This document shows, piece by piece, positions 13,144 to 46,000 of a DNA stretch of 64,000 bases. Origin of the DNA: Octopus sinensis (Eukaryota); contig NC_043002.1 in assembly GCF_006345805.1 (NCBI RefSeq), positions 93,558,001 to 93,622,000 on the forward strand. The letters are read 5' to 3'. The translations under genes and the position numbers were made by a program. Within the stretch, counting starts at the first letter, position 1; each line of letters starts with the position of its first letter. The notes under the pieces are model-generated. The model was not told the DNA's origin, made no database searches, and saw only the letters and a program-made list of their open reading frames with translations.

Positions 13144-13770
13144 TAATAATAATAATAATAAACATTGTGTACAGTGCTCAGGTGCGCTACAACTCATCGA
13201 AAGTGTATATATAATCAGGTGTAGTTTCGACGGATTTCGGAAAGCATGAGGGCCTTAAAGGATGCAGTGTCATGGCAGTCAACAACTGACGCAGGCAGTT
13301 TATTCCATGCTTCAGCAACTCTGAGTGTGAAGAAATGTTTCCGAAAGTCATGGGAGCTGTGTTGTTTTCTGACTTTGTAGGCATGTCCACGTGTGTTAGA
13401 CACATGGAGATCAAAAAGGTGTTCAGTGTTGTTATTGGCGAGGTGGTTGACAACTTTGTGGGCGTTTACCAAGTCCGTCGCCAGACGCCGGAGCTTCAGT
13501 GAATCCATGCCCAGGGAAACAAGGCGCTCAGAATATGGTAGGTGTCTGATGGAGGGTATGCGTTTGGTTGCACGTCTCTGAACAGATTCCAGGAGGTCAA
13601 TGTTCTGAGCAAGATAGGGGTTCCAAACTGATGATGCAAATTCCAAGTGTGGTCGTACCATAGCTGTATACAGTTTTAAATAGATGGCTGGAGAGCGGCT
13701 AACAAAAGTCTTGCTGAGTGATGCCAAGACACCCTCGGCCTTCTTGACAATTTTAGAGATATGTGTGTGT
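13144..13770 (-). mobile_element. CR1-clade LINE 3' fragment (RT C-terminus and tail)
   Basis: ORF 13215-13727: MVRPHLEFASSVWNPY...LESVQRRATKRIP...YSERL..LGM.SL..RRL...WNKLP is typical of the CR1/L2 ORF2 end; (TTA)n tail. Confidence 0.9.
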
Positions 13771-14008
13771 GTAGCAGGAATATTCAGGAATCAACCACTA
13801 TATCTGATGTTACGATTTGCTTGAATATTACCCATTATAGCAAATCCTGACCAATCCCAACTTTGCCTAGAACTGACTCCTGCAACAATTCTATCATATG
13901 TTCCTTTCTCCCTGAGACTAAGAAGCATTAGGAATTCAGCAAGCCTTAGCTACCTGATAGAGAGCATTGAGAGACAGCATAAAGAGTTGACCAGGAGATG
14001 GTGGAGAG

Positions 14009-14421
14009 CTCTTTACTCTTTACTCTTTTACTTGTTTCAGTCATTTGACTGTGGCCATGCTGGAGCACCACCTTTAATTGAGCAAATCGACCCCAGGACT
14101 TATTCTTTTGTAAGCCCAGTACTTATTTTATCGGTCTCTTTTGCCGAACCGCTAAGTAACGGGGGCATAAACACACCAGCATCGGTTGTCAAGCAATGCT
14201 AGGGGGACAAACACAGACAAACAAAGACACACACATACACATATATATATACATATATACGACAGGCTTCTTTCAGTTTCCATCTACCAAATCCACTCAA
14301 GGCTTTGGTTGGCCCGAGGCTATAGTAGAAGACACTTACCCAAGGTGTCACGCAGTGGGACTGAACCCAGAACCATGTGGTTGGTTAGCAAGCTACTTAC
14401 CACACAGCCACTCCTGCGCCT
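14009..14421 (-). mobile_element. Family B tRNA-headed SINE, full length
   Basis: Head aggcgcaggagtggctgtgtggtaag...gggttcagtccc (A/B-box-like), central (TA)/(TG) tract, (AAGAGT)-like tail. Confidence 0.85.
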
Positions 14422-15046
14422 ATTGCAGCAAATGAACTTATTGAATCACTGGTGAATATCACTAGATGCTGAGCAAATGAACAAACAACAAATTGTCAAT
14501 GACCAGAATCAACCAGTTCAGCTAATGATCTATTGCTATCATCTGTAGTCGTGGCATGCACAGGTGAGACCAATGTGATTCTTTTTGTGCAGGTAAGTCA
14601 CCCAACCAGGTGGTGATGATGATGACGGTATTCAATGAAATACTGTACCAGCATCAATGACTGTTGCTGCTACTCACACAAACATCCTAGACTGCATCCA
14701 AAAGGGCCACCTAATTCTGGCCCTCATCTATACACACATATATGCAAACACATAATATGTGTGTGCATAGCAGGAATAGTCAGCAATCAATCACTATATC
14801 CAATCTTGGGATTCGTTTGAATATTACCCATAATATCAACAAAATCTGTCCCATTACAGCTTTTCCTACAACTGGCTCCAGAAACAATTCCATCTTTCTG
14901 AGCCTATCCATCAGTAAGGACAACATTAGCATTTTGTTTATGGGAAGAAGAATGGAAAATAAAAATTTTGTTTATCAAAAAAACTCAATAGATTCAGTGT
15001 TCTTCATGTTCTGAACACACAGCTTATATATATATATATATATATC

Positions 15047-15356
15047 ACCATGATCACCATGACTGACCAGGCTATCAGATGTTGCTACACATCGCTGGTC
15101 ACAATGCACTTTGCATTGTTTTAGCCTTTAAATGACGCTACTCCACTGGCTAAGCGAGCAGGCCAACAGAAGAAAGAGTGAAAGAAAGTTGTGGTGAAAG
15201 AGTACAGCAGAGATCGCTACCACCCTCTGCCGGGAACTCGTGGAGCTTTAGGTGTCTTCGCTCAATAAACACTCACAACGCCCGGTCTGGGAATTGAAAC
15301 TGTGATCCTACAACCACGAGTCTGCTCCCCTAACCACTGGGCCATTGTGCCTCCAT
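15047..15356 (-). mobile_element. Family C-headed SINE with an alternative 3' module
   Basis: Head and 5' body as in 18676; 3' part differs. Confidence 0.75.
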
Positions 15357-15394
15357 ATATATATATATATTATATATATATATATATAATATAT

Positions 15395-15448
<54 letters not shown>

Positions 15449-15456
15449 ATATATAT

Positions 15457-15640
15457 GCAGGTGGCACGTAAAAAGCACCCACTACACTTACGGAGTGGTT
15501 GGCGTTAGGAAGAGCATCCAGCTGTAGAAACACTGCCAGATCAGACTGCAGCCTGGTGCAGCCTTCTGGCTTCCCAGATCCCTGGTCGAATCATCCAACC
15601 CATGCTAGCATGGAGAACGGACGTTAAACGATGATGATGA
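15457..15640 (+). mobile_element. Family A retroposon, 5' truncated
   Basis: Core plus (GAT)n tail. Confidence 0.8.
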
Positions 15641-15815
15641 TATATATATATGTATGTATGTATGCATGTATGTATGTATCTTTTATGTGTTTCAGTGATT
15701 GCACTGTAGTATCGCCTTGAAAGGTTTAATTGAGAAATTGACTCCAGTCCTTATTTTTAAGTACTATTTTATGGATGTGAACAAGCTAACACTGGTTGTC
15801 ATGTAGTGGTGGGTG

Positions 15816-15846
<31 letters not shown>

Positions 15847-17588
15847 TACATGTATACAGCAAGCTTCGACACTTTTCCTGTCTACGAAATTTACTCACAA
15901 GGATTTGGTCAGCTCAAGACAATAGCAGAAGACCCTTGCTCAAGATGCCACTCAGTGGAACTGAACCTCAAACTATGTGACAGCAAAGCAAGCTTCTTAA
16001 CCATACAACCATATCTTTTGTGTATATAGGTGCAGGATTAGCTGTGTGGTAAGACACTTGCTTCCCAACCACATGGTTCTGGATTCAGTCCCACTGTGTG
16101 ACACCTTGGGCATGTTTTCTACTATAGCCTCAGGCTGACCAAAGCCTTCTGAGTGGATTTGGTAAATGGAAATTGAAAGAAGCCTGTCATATATATGTAA
16201 TATATTAGACTACCCGTGACCCATTGAATCACTGGGAAAGTCTGAGTTTTCCATCAATGGAGTTTTGTTTCGCATTTTTAAAAATTTCTTTTCCAAGTTA
16301 TTCTGCATTCTTTCAACAAATGTGACATCGAAATCATGCATAAACGGTTCCTTTTCCCAGAAAAGGAAAGATTTCACTGCTATTTTTTGCATTTTTTGCA
16401 TTTTTTGCTACCATGTAACAGGTATTTCGGGTCCTTTATCGCAAATAGCTGTTACATGGTAGCAGGGCGTACTAGAATTAGCAGCCAAATCTTTGGAGGT
16501 GAGATACGTTGAATGCACTTGAAAAAAACCCTATGAAAAAAATTATTTCACACCAAGATTATGAATGGGTCTTTTACAAAATATTTACCGTATTTTTAAA
16601 GTCATATCCACTTTAAAATATTTTTTAAATATGTCCAACCCATGCTAGCATGGAAAACGGACGCTAAATGATGATGATGATGATGATGATGATGTCAAAA
16701 GAAATTTTTGCGATGATATTCACTTGAAAATGATTTTAAAAAATATAAAAATATTGTCTGTTTAAAGAAAGCTAAAATGTAAATACTTACTGTACAAACG
16801 ACTTACATTTTTGAAATCACATTTGCTTAAAAATATTTCTCAATGATTAAAATATTATGTTTAACAAAAGCAAAAATAGAAACATTTGCTGTAAAAAACA
16901 AATCAGATGTTTTCATTGTCAAGTCACTGTGTCTAATCGAAAGGTAAGAGCTTCTTCCCTTTCAGGGATAAATTATTTTCAGAATAATTACCCATTATGT
17001 ACCATTTTGGGTATTTATACCCTGAAAACCCCTAATATTTCAATAACCACTTGTCCAATTTATGCAAAACTTGTTTTATTCCATTTGTATTCACATTTCA
17101 GAGGGAACTTAATTCATAGTATTTTCCTATGATGCGCCAGTTTGGCTGGGTAACATTGCAAGCAAGCATGATTCAAGCTCACTTTTAATGTATTATAGAC
17201 ATATGTATGCATTTATATGTGTCTGTGTTCACACCCCACCCCCACCATCACTTAATAACCAATGCTGGTGTGTTTATATCCCTATAATATTAGAGGTTTG
17301 GCAAAAGACACCAACAGAATAAGTACTAGGCTGAGGTTGATTTCTTCGACTAAAACCCTTTAAGGTGGAGCTCCAGCATGACCGCAGTCAAATGACTGTA
17401 ACATGTAAAAGAATAAAAGAACACACACACACACACATTGTGTGTATGGTAGATGAGTTCAGCAAAAATTTGGATTCAGATGAATATGGTACCTAAGTTG
17501 AGGGACCAGAATTTAGTACGATATTATCCATACAATTTCAAAGTAAGGTGATTAAAATCAAAATAAGCAACAAGGATATCCAGAGGTA

Positions 17589-17677
17589 ATGCAGTACGAT
17601 CGTTTCATGCAACTCCATTTAATTGAACAATGCAATTATTACATCAATTTAAAATGCAGAGCAATCTTCAGCTGCAC
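17589..17677 (-). ncRNA. Type I hammerhead ribozyme (predicted), minimal palindromic helix III
   Basis: Minus strand: GTGCAG-CTGAAGA-(58-nt AU-rich helix II)-GAAAC-GATC-GTA|-CTGCAT; helix I 5 Watson-Crick pairs plus one G.U; U.U opposition at base of helix II. Confidence 0.7.
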
Positions 17678-17821
17678 AAAGACATAGAATTTAGTTAAAT
17701 TAGAACAGATGGACACATTAGTATAATTCTACCTAAAATCTCCAAGAAGTTAAGGAGATAGACAAAGAACATGCTCTTCTTACTCCAGCATAAAAGTTAC
17801 TCCTATGCTGGAGTAAGAACA

Positions 17822-18135
17822 GTAGGTTACGACGACGAGGGTCCCAGCTGATACGATCAACAGAACAGCCTGCTCGTGAAATTAACGTGCAAGTGACTGA
17901 GCAATCCACAGACACGCGTACACCTAACGTAGTTCTCAGGGAAATTCAGCATGACACAGAGTGTGACAAGGCCGGCCCTTTGAAATACAGGTACTACTCA
18001 ATTTTGCCAGCTGAGTGGACTGGAGCAACGTGAAATTAAGTGTCATGCTCAAGGACAGAACGCGTCACTAGGAATCGAACTCACGACCTTACAATCGTGA
18101 GCCGAATGCCCTAACCACTAAACCACATGCCTTCA
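17822..18135 (-). mobile_element. Chimeric SINE (D-type head and core, C-type 3' module)
   Basis: 5' part matches 27455; from gtacctgtatttcaaagggccggcc onward it matches 18676 and 22593. Confidence 0.75.
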
Positions 18136-18675
18136 CATCCAGGGTATATCTAGTTATTAAATATCTAATTCAAATAAAAAGAGGATCATTGAAAAATGGC
18201 ACATAATATAAAATTAACGGAACTCAAACTAAATCTAAAATCTCAACAAAATATTCCCCATAATCTGCTGGAATGACCGTCTTCCCTTTATATTTATGTA
18301 CCATGCAGTTAAAGAAAAGAGATTATAGGAATTAGTCATAGCTCATTTTACCCATCTTAGATATCAGTTTTTGAAAATTGAAAATTATCTAATTAGTCAT
18401 TTGTGTGGGGGAAAATTTGACTTAGAATCCAACACAGAAAAGAATATTGATTGTTAAACACCAAAAATTATTCTGATATTTTATTAACAACCTTGATTAC
18501 AATTGAGTCAAAGCTGAGGAAAAATTTCTTGAAAAAGAAAGTACCTGTCAGCTGACTATGTATCAAACTCTCTCAGCTTCAACAACAACGATCCTGGCCA
18601 ATTTTTACTCCTAAAGGTGATGCAACAGTACAAAATGATGATGCAATACTTGCAATGGAATGATTTCAAACAGGT

Positions 18676-19018
18676 GGATGGAAGCACTCCGTCGGTTACG
18701 ATGACGAGGGTTCATCGGAACAGCCTGCTCGTGAAATTAACGTGTAAGTGGCTGAGCACTCCACAGACACGTGTACCCTTAATGTAGTTAAAACAGTGAC
18801 AAGGCCGGCCCTTTGAAATACAGGTACAACAGGAAGTAAGAGTGAGAGAAAGTTGTGGTGAAAGAGTACAGCAGGGATCACCACCATCCCTGCTGGAGCC
18901 TTGTGGAGCTTTAGGTGTTTCCGCTCAATAAACACTCACAACGCCCGGTCTGGGAATCGAAACCGCGATCTTACGACTGCGAGTCCGCTGCCCTAACCAC
19001 TGGCCATTGCGCCTCCAC
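18676..19018 (-). mobile_element. Family C tRNA-headed SINE, 12-bp TSD
   Basis: TSD tttcaaacaggt at 18664-18675 and 19019-19030. Confidence 0.88.
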
Positions 19019-19572
19019 TTTCAAACAGGTAGGGAGAAAATGACAAGAAATCAGAAATTACTAATTCTACCCCAGTTAGTAATTTTGTGACCCCTACTCC
19101 ATATATTATCTTTTCAATTAAAAATTAACTGATATGGTGAAACTTTATAGAGCAGAATCATGATGACATGCATTACAGCATTATTTATCCCGACTATTTT
19201 TTAGGGTTACATCATTCAATGTGGTCTTTTGTAAGACTGAAAGGTGAGATCTGAATAAGTCTTGATTACTATATCTAGCAGATCGTAGACCACATAGAGG
19301 TTTCCTTATTGGTACAAGGAGACACGGAGTTGTCTCCCTGTATTAATAATGAAACTAAAATAATTAGTCAGTCCAGATACCTCTGAAATTATATATCGAA
19401 TTCTTTAATATAATCATTTAAATTCAATAAATGAATTAAACAATTTTTCATATTTGATTTATATAGCATAAACCTCTGTGCTATAAAATGGAATAGAAAA
19501 TTTTACTAAACTTTGTCTTTAAATGGTTTTCCTATGTTTACATTAAAAGGAGATGGCGATATAGCTGGATAA

Positions 19573-39693
<20,121 letters not shown>

Positions 39694-39754
39694 ATGCAAA
39701 ATTTTATCATTCAATTTACTTGTCTTTTATTCTTTTTTTTTTTATTTTTGTTAT

Positions 39755-39760
39755 AATAAA
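39755..39760 (+). terminator. Candidate MNAT1 polyadenylation signal
   Basis: First AATAAA after the stop, about 60 nt downstream; inference only. Confidence 0.5.
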
Positions 39761-40378
39761 AACAAATTATTTTCTGATCATAAATTAGTGCTCTTTCTAA
39801 TTACTCATTTAGACTTGATCCATTCCATGTGTTTACCCTGAGATATCACACCATTTCTTCTCTGTTTATTATTACTATTAAACACAAAAGGTTTCTCCCT
39901 AATCTTACCTTTCAAAAATATTTCTCAGGTGTAGAAATGACATTATTCACTAATTATTTGTTTTAAGGATTCATCAATTTTGTTTTCTTGATTTCATTCT
40001 AATGTCTGCAGTGAGTGCTGTAATCCGCTGGATTGAAATAGCAGTCAAATCACCCTCAAATCACATACATTAGAATTTGTAGTTCTACATATTCCTAAAA
40101 AGACGGAATAGTTATTGATCATGGGTCTATTTGATCATCAGATATGACTTGGGTTGAAACATTGTGTATTATGGGAAAATCAGCTTTGTCAGTGCCCATC
40201 TCACCAAACTACCCCAACAGAAAAAGGTTGGACTTAATATTGCTAATTTTACAGTGTTGCTGCTATTTGAAAAGGTAAAAGTTATTTAGCTTCAGATACT
40301 TGGAAAGAGCCAACTGTCTTGACCCTGAACAAAAACTACTCTTTATTGAAAACTTAGTGAATGCAATTGAAATAACAT

Positions 40379-40607
40379 TTAACCCTTTAGTGTTTAAACT
40401 GGCCATATCCGGCCAAAGTTTTCTACCTATTTTATGTTCAAACTGACCAGATCAGGGCTCTCACACCTAACCTACATTGACATTCTAAAAATAAACAATC
40501 ACGTCATTGAAACCTCAAAGCTATAAGATAATGCATGATTAATTAAAAACAATTTGATTTTAAAAAATTATACATTTAACAGAGTAATCTGAACACCAAA
40601 GGGTTAA
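40379..40607. mobile_element. piggyBac-like MITE family P2
   Basis: ttaa-ccctttagtgtttaaac ... accaaaggg-ttaa; second copy at 51094. Confidence 0.8.
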
Positions 40608-40844
40608 TATATATATATATATATCATACTAAATGTTTTTAAACTGTTGAAAGGCAGGATGCTGTGTTCTTTGTTGGAGAGGAAATATTTTCTATATATG
40701 TAGGGCAAAACACTTGTTTTCTTGTGAGGCATTGCTGTAACTGTATTTGTTTCATTCTAACACACATCTATAAAGGGAATTCCTCTCAACCATAAATCAT
40801 ACCTTCCAAAGGAGAATATACACTTAATATGATATAAAATCAAA

Positions 40845-41265
40845 ACAAATCAAAATAGATGAACATCAATGGAATTTGTATCTTTGTGGTACCAGTGCCG
40901 GTGGCACACAAGAAAACCATCCGAACGTAGCCAGTACCGCATCAAGTGGCCTCCTTGCTGTGGGCACGTAACAACCACCATCCGATCGTGGCCGTTCGCC
41001 AGCCTCATCTGGCACCTGTGTTGGTGGCACATAAAAACACCATCCGAGCGTGGCCGTCTGCCAGCCTCGTCTGGCACCTGTGTCGGTGGCACAAAAAAAT
41101 CACCCACTACACTCTCGGAGTGGTTGGCGTTAGGAAGGGCATCCAGCTGTAGAAACACTGCCAGATCTGACTGGCCTGGTGCAGCCTTCGGGCTCCCCAG
41201 ACCCCAGTTGAACCGTCCAACCCATGCTAGCATGGAAAGCGGACGTTAAATGATAATGATGATAG
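40845..41265 (+). mobile_element. Family A retroposon with four tandem 5' units
   Basis: 5' end aaatcaaaatagatgaacatcaatggaatttg, tandem units, core, tail. Confidence 0.82.
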
Positions 41266-41750
41266 ACAGATGGCAATTTTGATTTAATGCTGTTTCAGCT
41301 GCATTCACTGAGCTTTCCATAATATTCAGTGAATACATTATTCACTGTTTCCTATATATTGAAGTATAAATTTGATCTAAGCAAGTGACAAGCTTGTGCA
41401 CAACATTGACATGCCAGCAGTAGGGCATAAGTCATGTCATTCTCAGGAGTCACTGTTGTGACGGTCTTTGCCTCACTCTGAGGTGAACATGCTTTCAATA
41501 TGTCTGAAGAGATTTTCTCTCAAAAATAAACTGCAGCATCATGGCAACTACTCTCTGTTATTTAGTTTCAGTTACTGAGGGCCAATTGTCTTGACTATGG
41601 CCAGACACTATGCAGTACTACTGAGAGAATATAAATTGCCAATCTCTTGGCTTTTGACCACTACCTCATTCACTCAAGTCACTCACATCTTCATTCAGAT
41701 TAGTTTTGACAGACTAAAATTTCGAAATGCACATAATGCACAATTCCATT

Positions 41751-42146
41751 AGGAGTGGCTGTGTGGTAAGTAGCCTGCTAACCAACCACATGGTTCCGGG
41801 TTCAGTCCCACTGCGTGGCATCTTGGGCAAGTGTCTTCTGTTATAGCCCCGGGCCGACCAATGCCTTGTGAGTGGATTTGGTAGACGGAAACTGAAAGAA
41901 GCCTGTCGTATATATGTATATATATATAAATGTGTGTGTATATGTTTGTGTGTCTGTGTTTGTCCCCCTAGCATTGCCTGACAACCGATGCTGGTGTGTT
42001 CACGTCCCCGTCACTTAGCGGTTCGGCAAAAGAGACCGATAAAATAAGTACTGGGCTTACAAAGAATAAGTTCCGGGGTTGATTTGCTTGACTAAAGGCG
42101 GTGCTCCAGCATGGCCGCAGTCAAATGACTGAAACAAGTAAAAGAG
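41751..42146 (+). mobile_element. Family B tRNA-headed SINE
   Basis: Near-identical to the copy at 54175. Confidence 0.85.
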
Positions 42147-42758
42147 TTGTCACATAAAATCCATTTACCCAACAAAACTTGGCATTTTGCCAAACAGTTC
42201 TTGGAGCTGGTTTACCAGAAACAAGATCTCTTTCACAGGCAAACAAAAACTTTGTTATGACTGTCCTTATCCATTATCTCCTATTTTATGCTGTTCCTGA
42301 CTTGTTACACTCTCATTTCTAAGTTAATACATGGCATGTTGGCTGATTAAAAGATGTGCATCAAAGAAGACTTAGAAAATAATATAAAAGGTACAAGATC
42401 AGATAAAAATGTTGAGCCTGACAAATTAGATAATGCAGGAATGAGGTCACAGAAATATTATATTGCAGAACCATTCTATCAATTAAAGCACAGAGAAACA
42501 GATATAATAATGAAGAGAAAACTTGAAATTTTTAAGATGATACAAACAGAGGCTCTTTACCAGATATTACTCTGAGTAGTAAGATTTAAATCATTAAATC
42601 TCAGTATATTTCTCTATTTCAACTTTAATGAAGTGATATTTTGCTGTAAACTGAAGGTGATGCAGCTTTATCTCAAAGATTTTACTTTCAGTCTCACAAA
42701 GTGTTATTTTTGTGTCGGAAAAAAGTATTTATCAGTTTTATCACCTCAAACAGTATTA

Positions 42759-42764
42759 TTTATT
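42759..42764 (-). terminator. Candidate RPUSD4 polyadenylation signal
   Basis: AATAAA on the minus strand, about 70 nt after the stop; inference only. Confidence 0.5.
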
Positions 42765-42834
42765 TCCAAAGTGATTTTCTATTAAAAACTTTTAAGGCAC
42801 AATGCAGTTTATATACATACATATATATAAACTT

Positions 42835-43026
42835 TTACTTGTCTGTTTTAAGCTTTAAGCTCTTCATGTTCTTGTAGAAATGGTATGGTAAATTAGCTTT
42901 TATGAACAGGTTTTTACCATTAAGTAGTTGAGGGAGAATTATAGCTTTTGAATGGAGATGCATTGGTATGTAACGTACTTTACTTTGTCGGACATTTAGG
43001 CGCTGTAATATTTCTGGAAACAAACG
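42835..43026 (-). CDS. RPUSD4: RPUSD4-like exon 9 (last coding, 192 nt)
   Basis: tttcag|CGT; [32 protein letters not shown]...KTDK*. Confidence 0.93.
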   Translation of the reverse strand, partial: RLFPEILQRLNVRQSKVRYIPMHLHSKAIILPQLLNGKNLFIKANLPYHFYKNMKSLKLKTDK

Positions 43027-46000
43027 CTGAAAAAGACCAAAATAGCAACATTAAAAGTTAGAATGTGAAATCTTGGTTGGTCTTGAAGATAAATTACTTT
43101 AAATACTTGAACACTTCACAAAAATTTCGTCAGCACTCTTTTAATTCAATGTTAATTCAGAGATATCATAATCTTTTACATCCATACTAGCGAAAATTGG
43201 ACGAGACTAATCAAGGCCATTTTCAACAGCCAAATTCTCTTCTCAATGACAAACTTCTTTCAATGGTTTTCACAAGTTATGAGATGTATTGTTTACAGGA
43301 CACGTACATTGTTTTTACTCAAATGAGGACAAAGTGAACAAGCATGGGTGGATGGAATATATTTAGGCAAATTTTCTACAGCTGGATGCCCTTCCTGTTG
43401 CCAACCTTCACCTCTTTTCAAGTGAAGTAATATTTCTGCAAGAACATGACCAGATATGTTCTTACAATATGCTTGTAATGGATGGTATGGCTTGTATAAC
43501 TGGGACAATGATTTACAACTATCACACTATATCAAGACAAGGGGATAAAAACAGACACACACACACATACACAATGGGCTTGTTTCCATCAACCAAAAAC
43601 CATGACTAAAAACACTTGCTCCAAGTGGGACTGAACTTGAAACCATATACTTGGGAAGCAAATTTCTCAACCACAAAGCTATATCTGATGATATTTCATA
43701 CATTTTCCATCTATCAAATTTCACACACAATGTATTGGTTGGTCTGATGCCTGTCTGAGGTAACACAGAGAGATTGATACCAAAAGCACTTGGTGGTGAA
43801 AGAAATCTTACAACCACACCCTCATCCCTATATTTTAGTATAAGCAATGGAAACTGAAAAGGTCAATTTAATATGTTGTTTCCTTGCACTTGTGAAAAAA
43901 AAAATGAACATTTTCTTTGCGGCACTAAAACTGGGAATTATTTTTACCAGTCAACCACATGAACTTTTCTTCAATCATTTATTGGTTCAAAATCTTAAAT
44001 GTTTTCAGCAATATTTCATTCACAAAAGATCACTATGAATTATCAAGTCATACTTTAATGTGCTTGACCTTTTCTTAGTCTAATATGACAGACAAATTTA
44101 CAGAAACACAAAGATTATTTACCTGAGGAGCAAGTTTGTTAATATGTGAATATTTGTGGTCTCCAATAATAGGTGTGTTGAGACCAAATGCTAAATGAAC
44201 TCGAACTTGATGCTTGACACCTGAAAAAGAATCAGTTTTAAAGTTGCTATTAAAAAGAAAGAAAAAAAAAACTATTAAAAACCAGTGCCGTATTTTCCAC
44301 ATACAAGCTGAATTTTATAGACCAGAATTTACAGTGAAAAAAGGTAAGCTGATTTCGGAGGAACAAAATTTCCATGTAAAATGCAGGAGGATTTGGAAAG
44401 ATAGTGATGATGTTTGAATGTTTTACATGTGTTTATACAATGTATTGAGTTGACTTGTATGCCAGAAAATATGGTAAACTAGCATGGGTTGGACGGTTTT
44501 GACTGAGGGCTGGCAACCAGATGGCTGCACCAGGCTCCAGTCTTGATCTGGCAGAGTTTCTACACCTGGATGCCCTTCCTAATGCCAATCACTCCGAGAG
44601 TGTAGTGGGTGCTATATTAAAATAAGGAGGAAACTGAATCAAACAATTCAGAGAGAATTACCTGTCTTTGGTTGACATTCCACTAAAGCACTTCCAAATG
44701 ATTTACACAATACTTTGTAGTGAGTAACAGCTTCAGATCGTTTCACTGAACTTTTCTTCATTACCAATCGGGTTTCTTCAGTGTAGTCAGGTTTCAGAAC
44801 CATCTTAGAGGGAATAGAAAAATAAAAAGTGTAGAATGAAGATATTTTATACACATCGTTTATAGCCAGCAGAACTGAATAATAATAATAAAATAAGCTG
44901 GTAAGTGTTTAATGAATAGGACAAGCAACATACTTGATTATTTAAGATGTATATATATATATGTATGTGTGTGTGTGTGTTTGTGTGTCCGTGTTTGTCC
45001 CCCTAGCATTGCTTGACAACCGATGCTGGTGTGTTTACGTCCCTGTCACTTAGCGGTTCGGCAAAAGAGACCGATAGAATAAGTACTGGGCTTACAAAGA
45101 ATAAGTCCCGGGGTCGAGTTGCTCGACTAAAGGCGGTGCTCCAGCATGGCCGCAGTCAAATGACTGAAACAAGTAAAAGAGTATTTAATAAAGTATTTCT
45201 ATTATGTTGACTATAGTTTCAGAGTAGAAAGCAGCTATTAAAGTTGACTATGTGAGAAGGCTTTAGTATCCTAATATAATTGCATAGAGGAATTTGATAT
45301 AGGTAAGCATGTTTGTGTGTATGTGTGTCATCATCATCATTTAACGTCCACTTTCCATGCTGGCATGGGTTGGACCATATATATTAGGTCATCCCATAAA
45401 CAATGTGGGTTTTTATTATTGCATGAACTAAAAGTTGCAGAGGGACGGGATAAACTACCTGCAGCAACTTGCTATAAAAGAAGGTAGTAATTTTAGCTTG
45501 TCATTCTTAATGCAAGTTTTGAAGAATGCAGTTCGATTTTTAAGTTATAATGGAAGTGACAAAGGAGCATATTCATCATATTTTGTTTTATGAGTTCAAT
45601 AAAGGCAACAGCACAACGGAGAGTGTAAGGAATATTAATGCAGTATATGGAGTGTCAACAGTGGTTCCAGTATTCCCGAGCCAGAAACTACAGCCTATAA
45701 GATGAACCTCATCCTGGAAGATCTGTAGAGCTTGATGAGGATGTCCTGCAAACCCTGGTGGAGCAAAATTCCATCATAACTGTTGAGGAACTAGCAGAGA
45801 AGCTTGGATTTGGTCAGTTAACCATTCATTGACACCTGTGTGCCATCGGAAAAGTCAGCAAATTGGGTCAATGGGTTACTCATAAACTTTCCGAGTCTAA
45901 TTGCACACAGAGAGTGAATTTGTGCCTTTCTTTGCTGTCAGATCTCATGAATAAACCTTTTTGGACCAAATAATGAATTATGACGAAAAATGGGTTCTCT

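Noticed and set aside
16203-16470. Possible Helitron 3' end on the minus strand (hairpin plus CTAA)
   Set aside because: No TC 5' end could be located and the hairpin is imperfect
40895-41110. Tandem units as a CRISPR-like array
   Set aside because: Eukaryotic retroposon; the units are homologous over their whole length, with no unique spacers
44728-44746. GAAACGATC motif on the minus strand resembling the 17589 ribozyme
   Set aside because: Lies in RPUSD4 coding exon 7, with no CUGANGA or helix I partner
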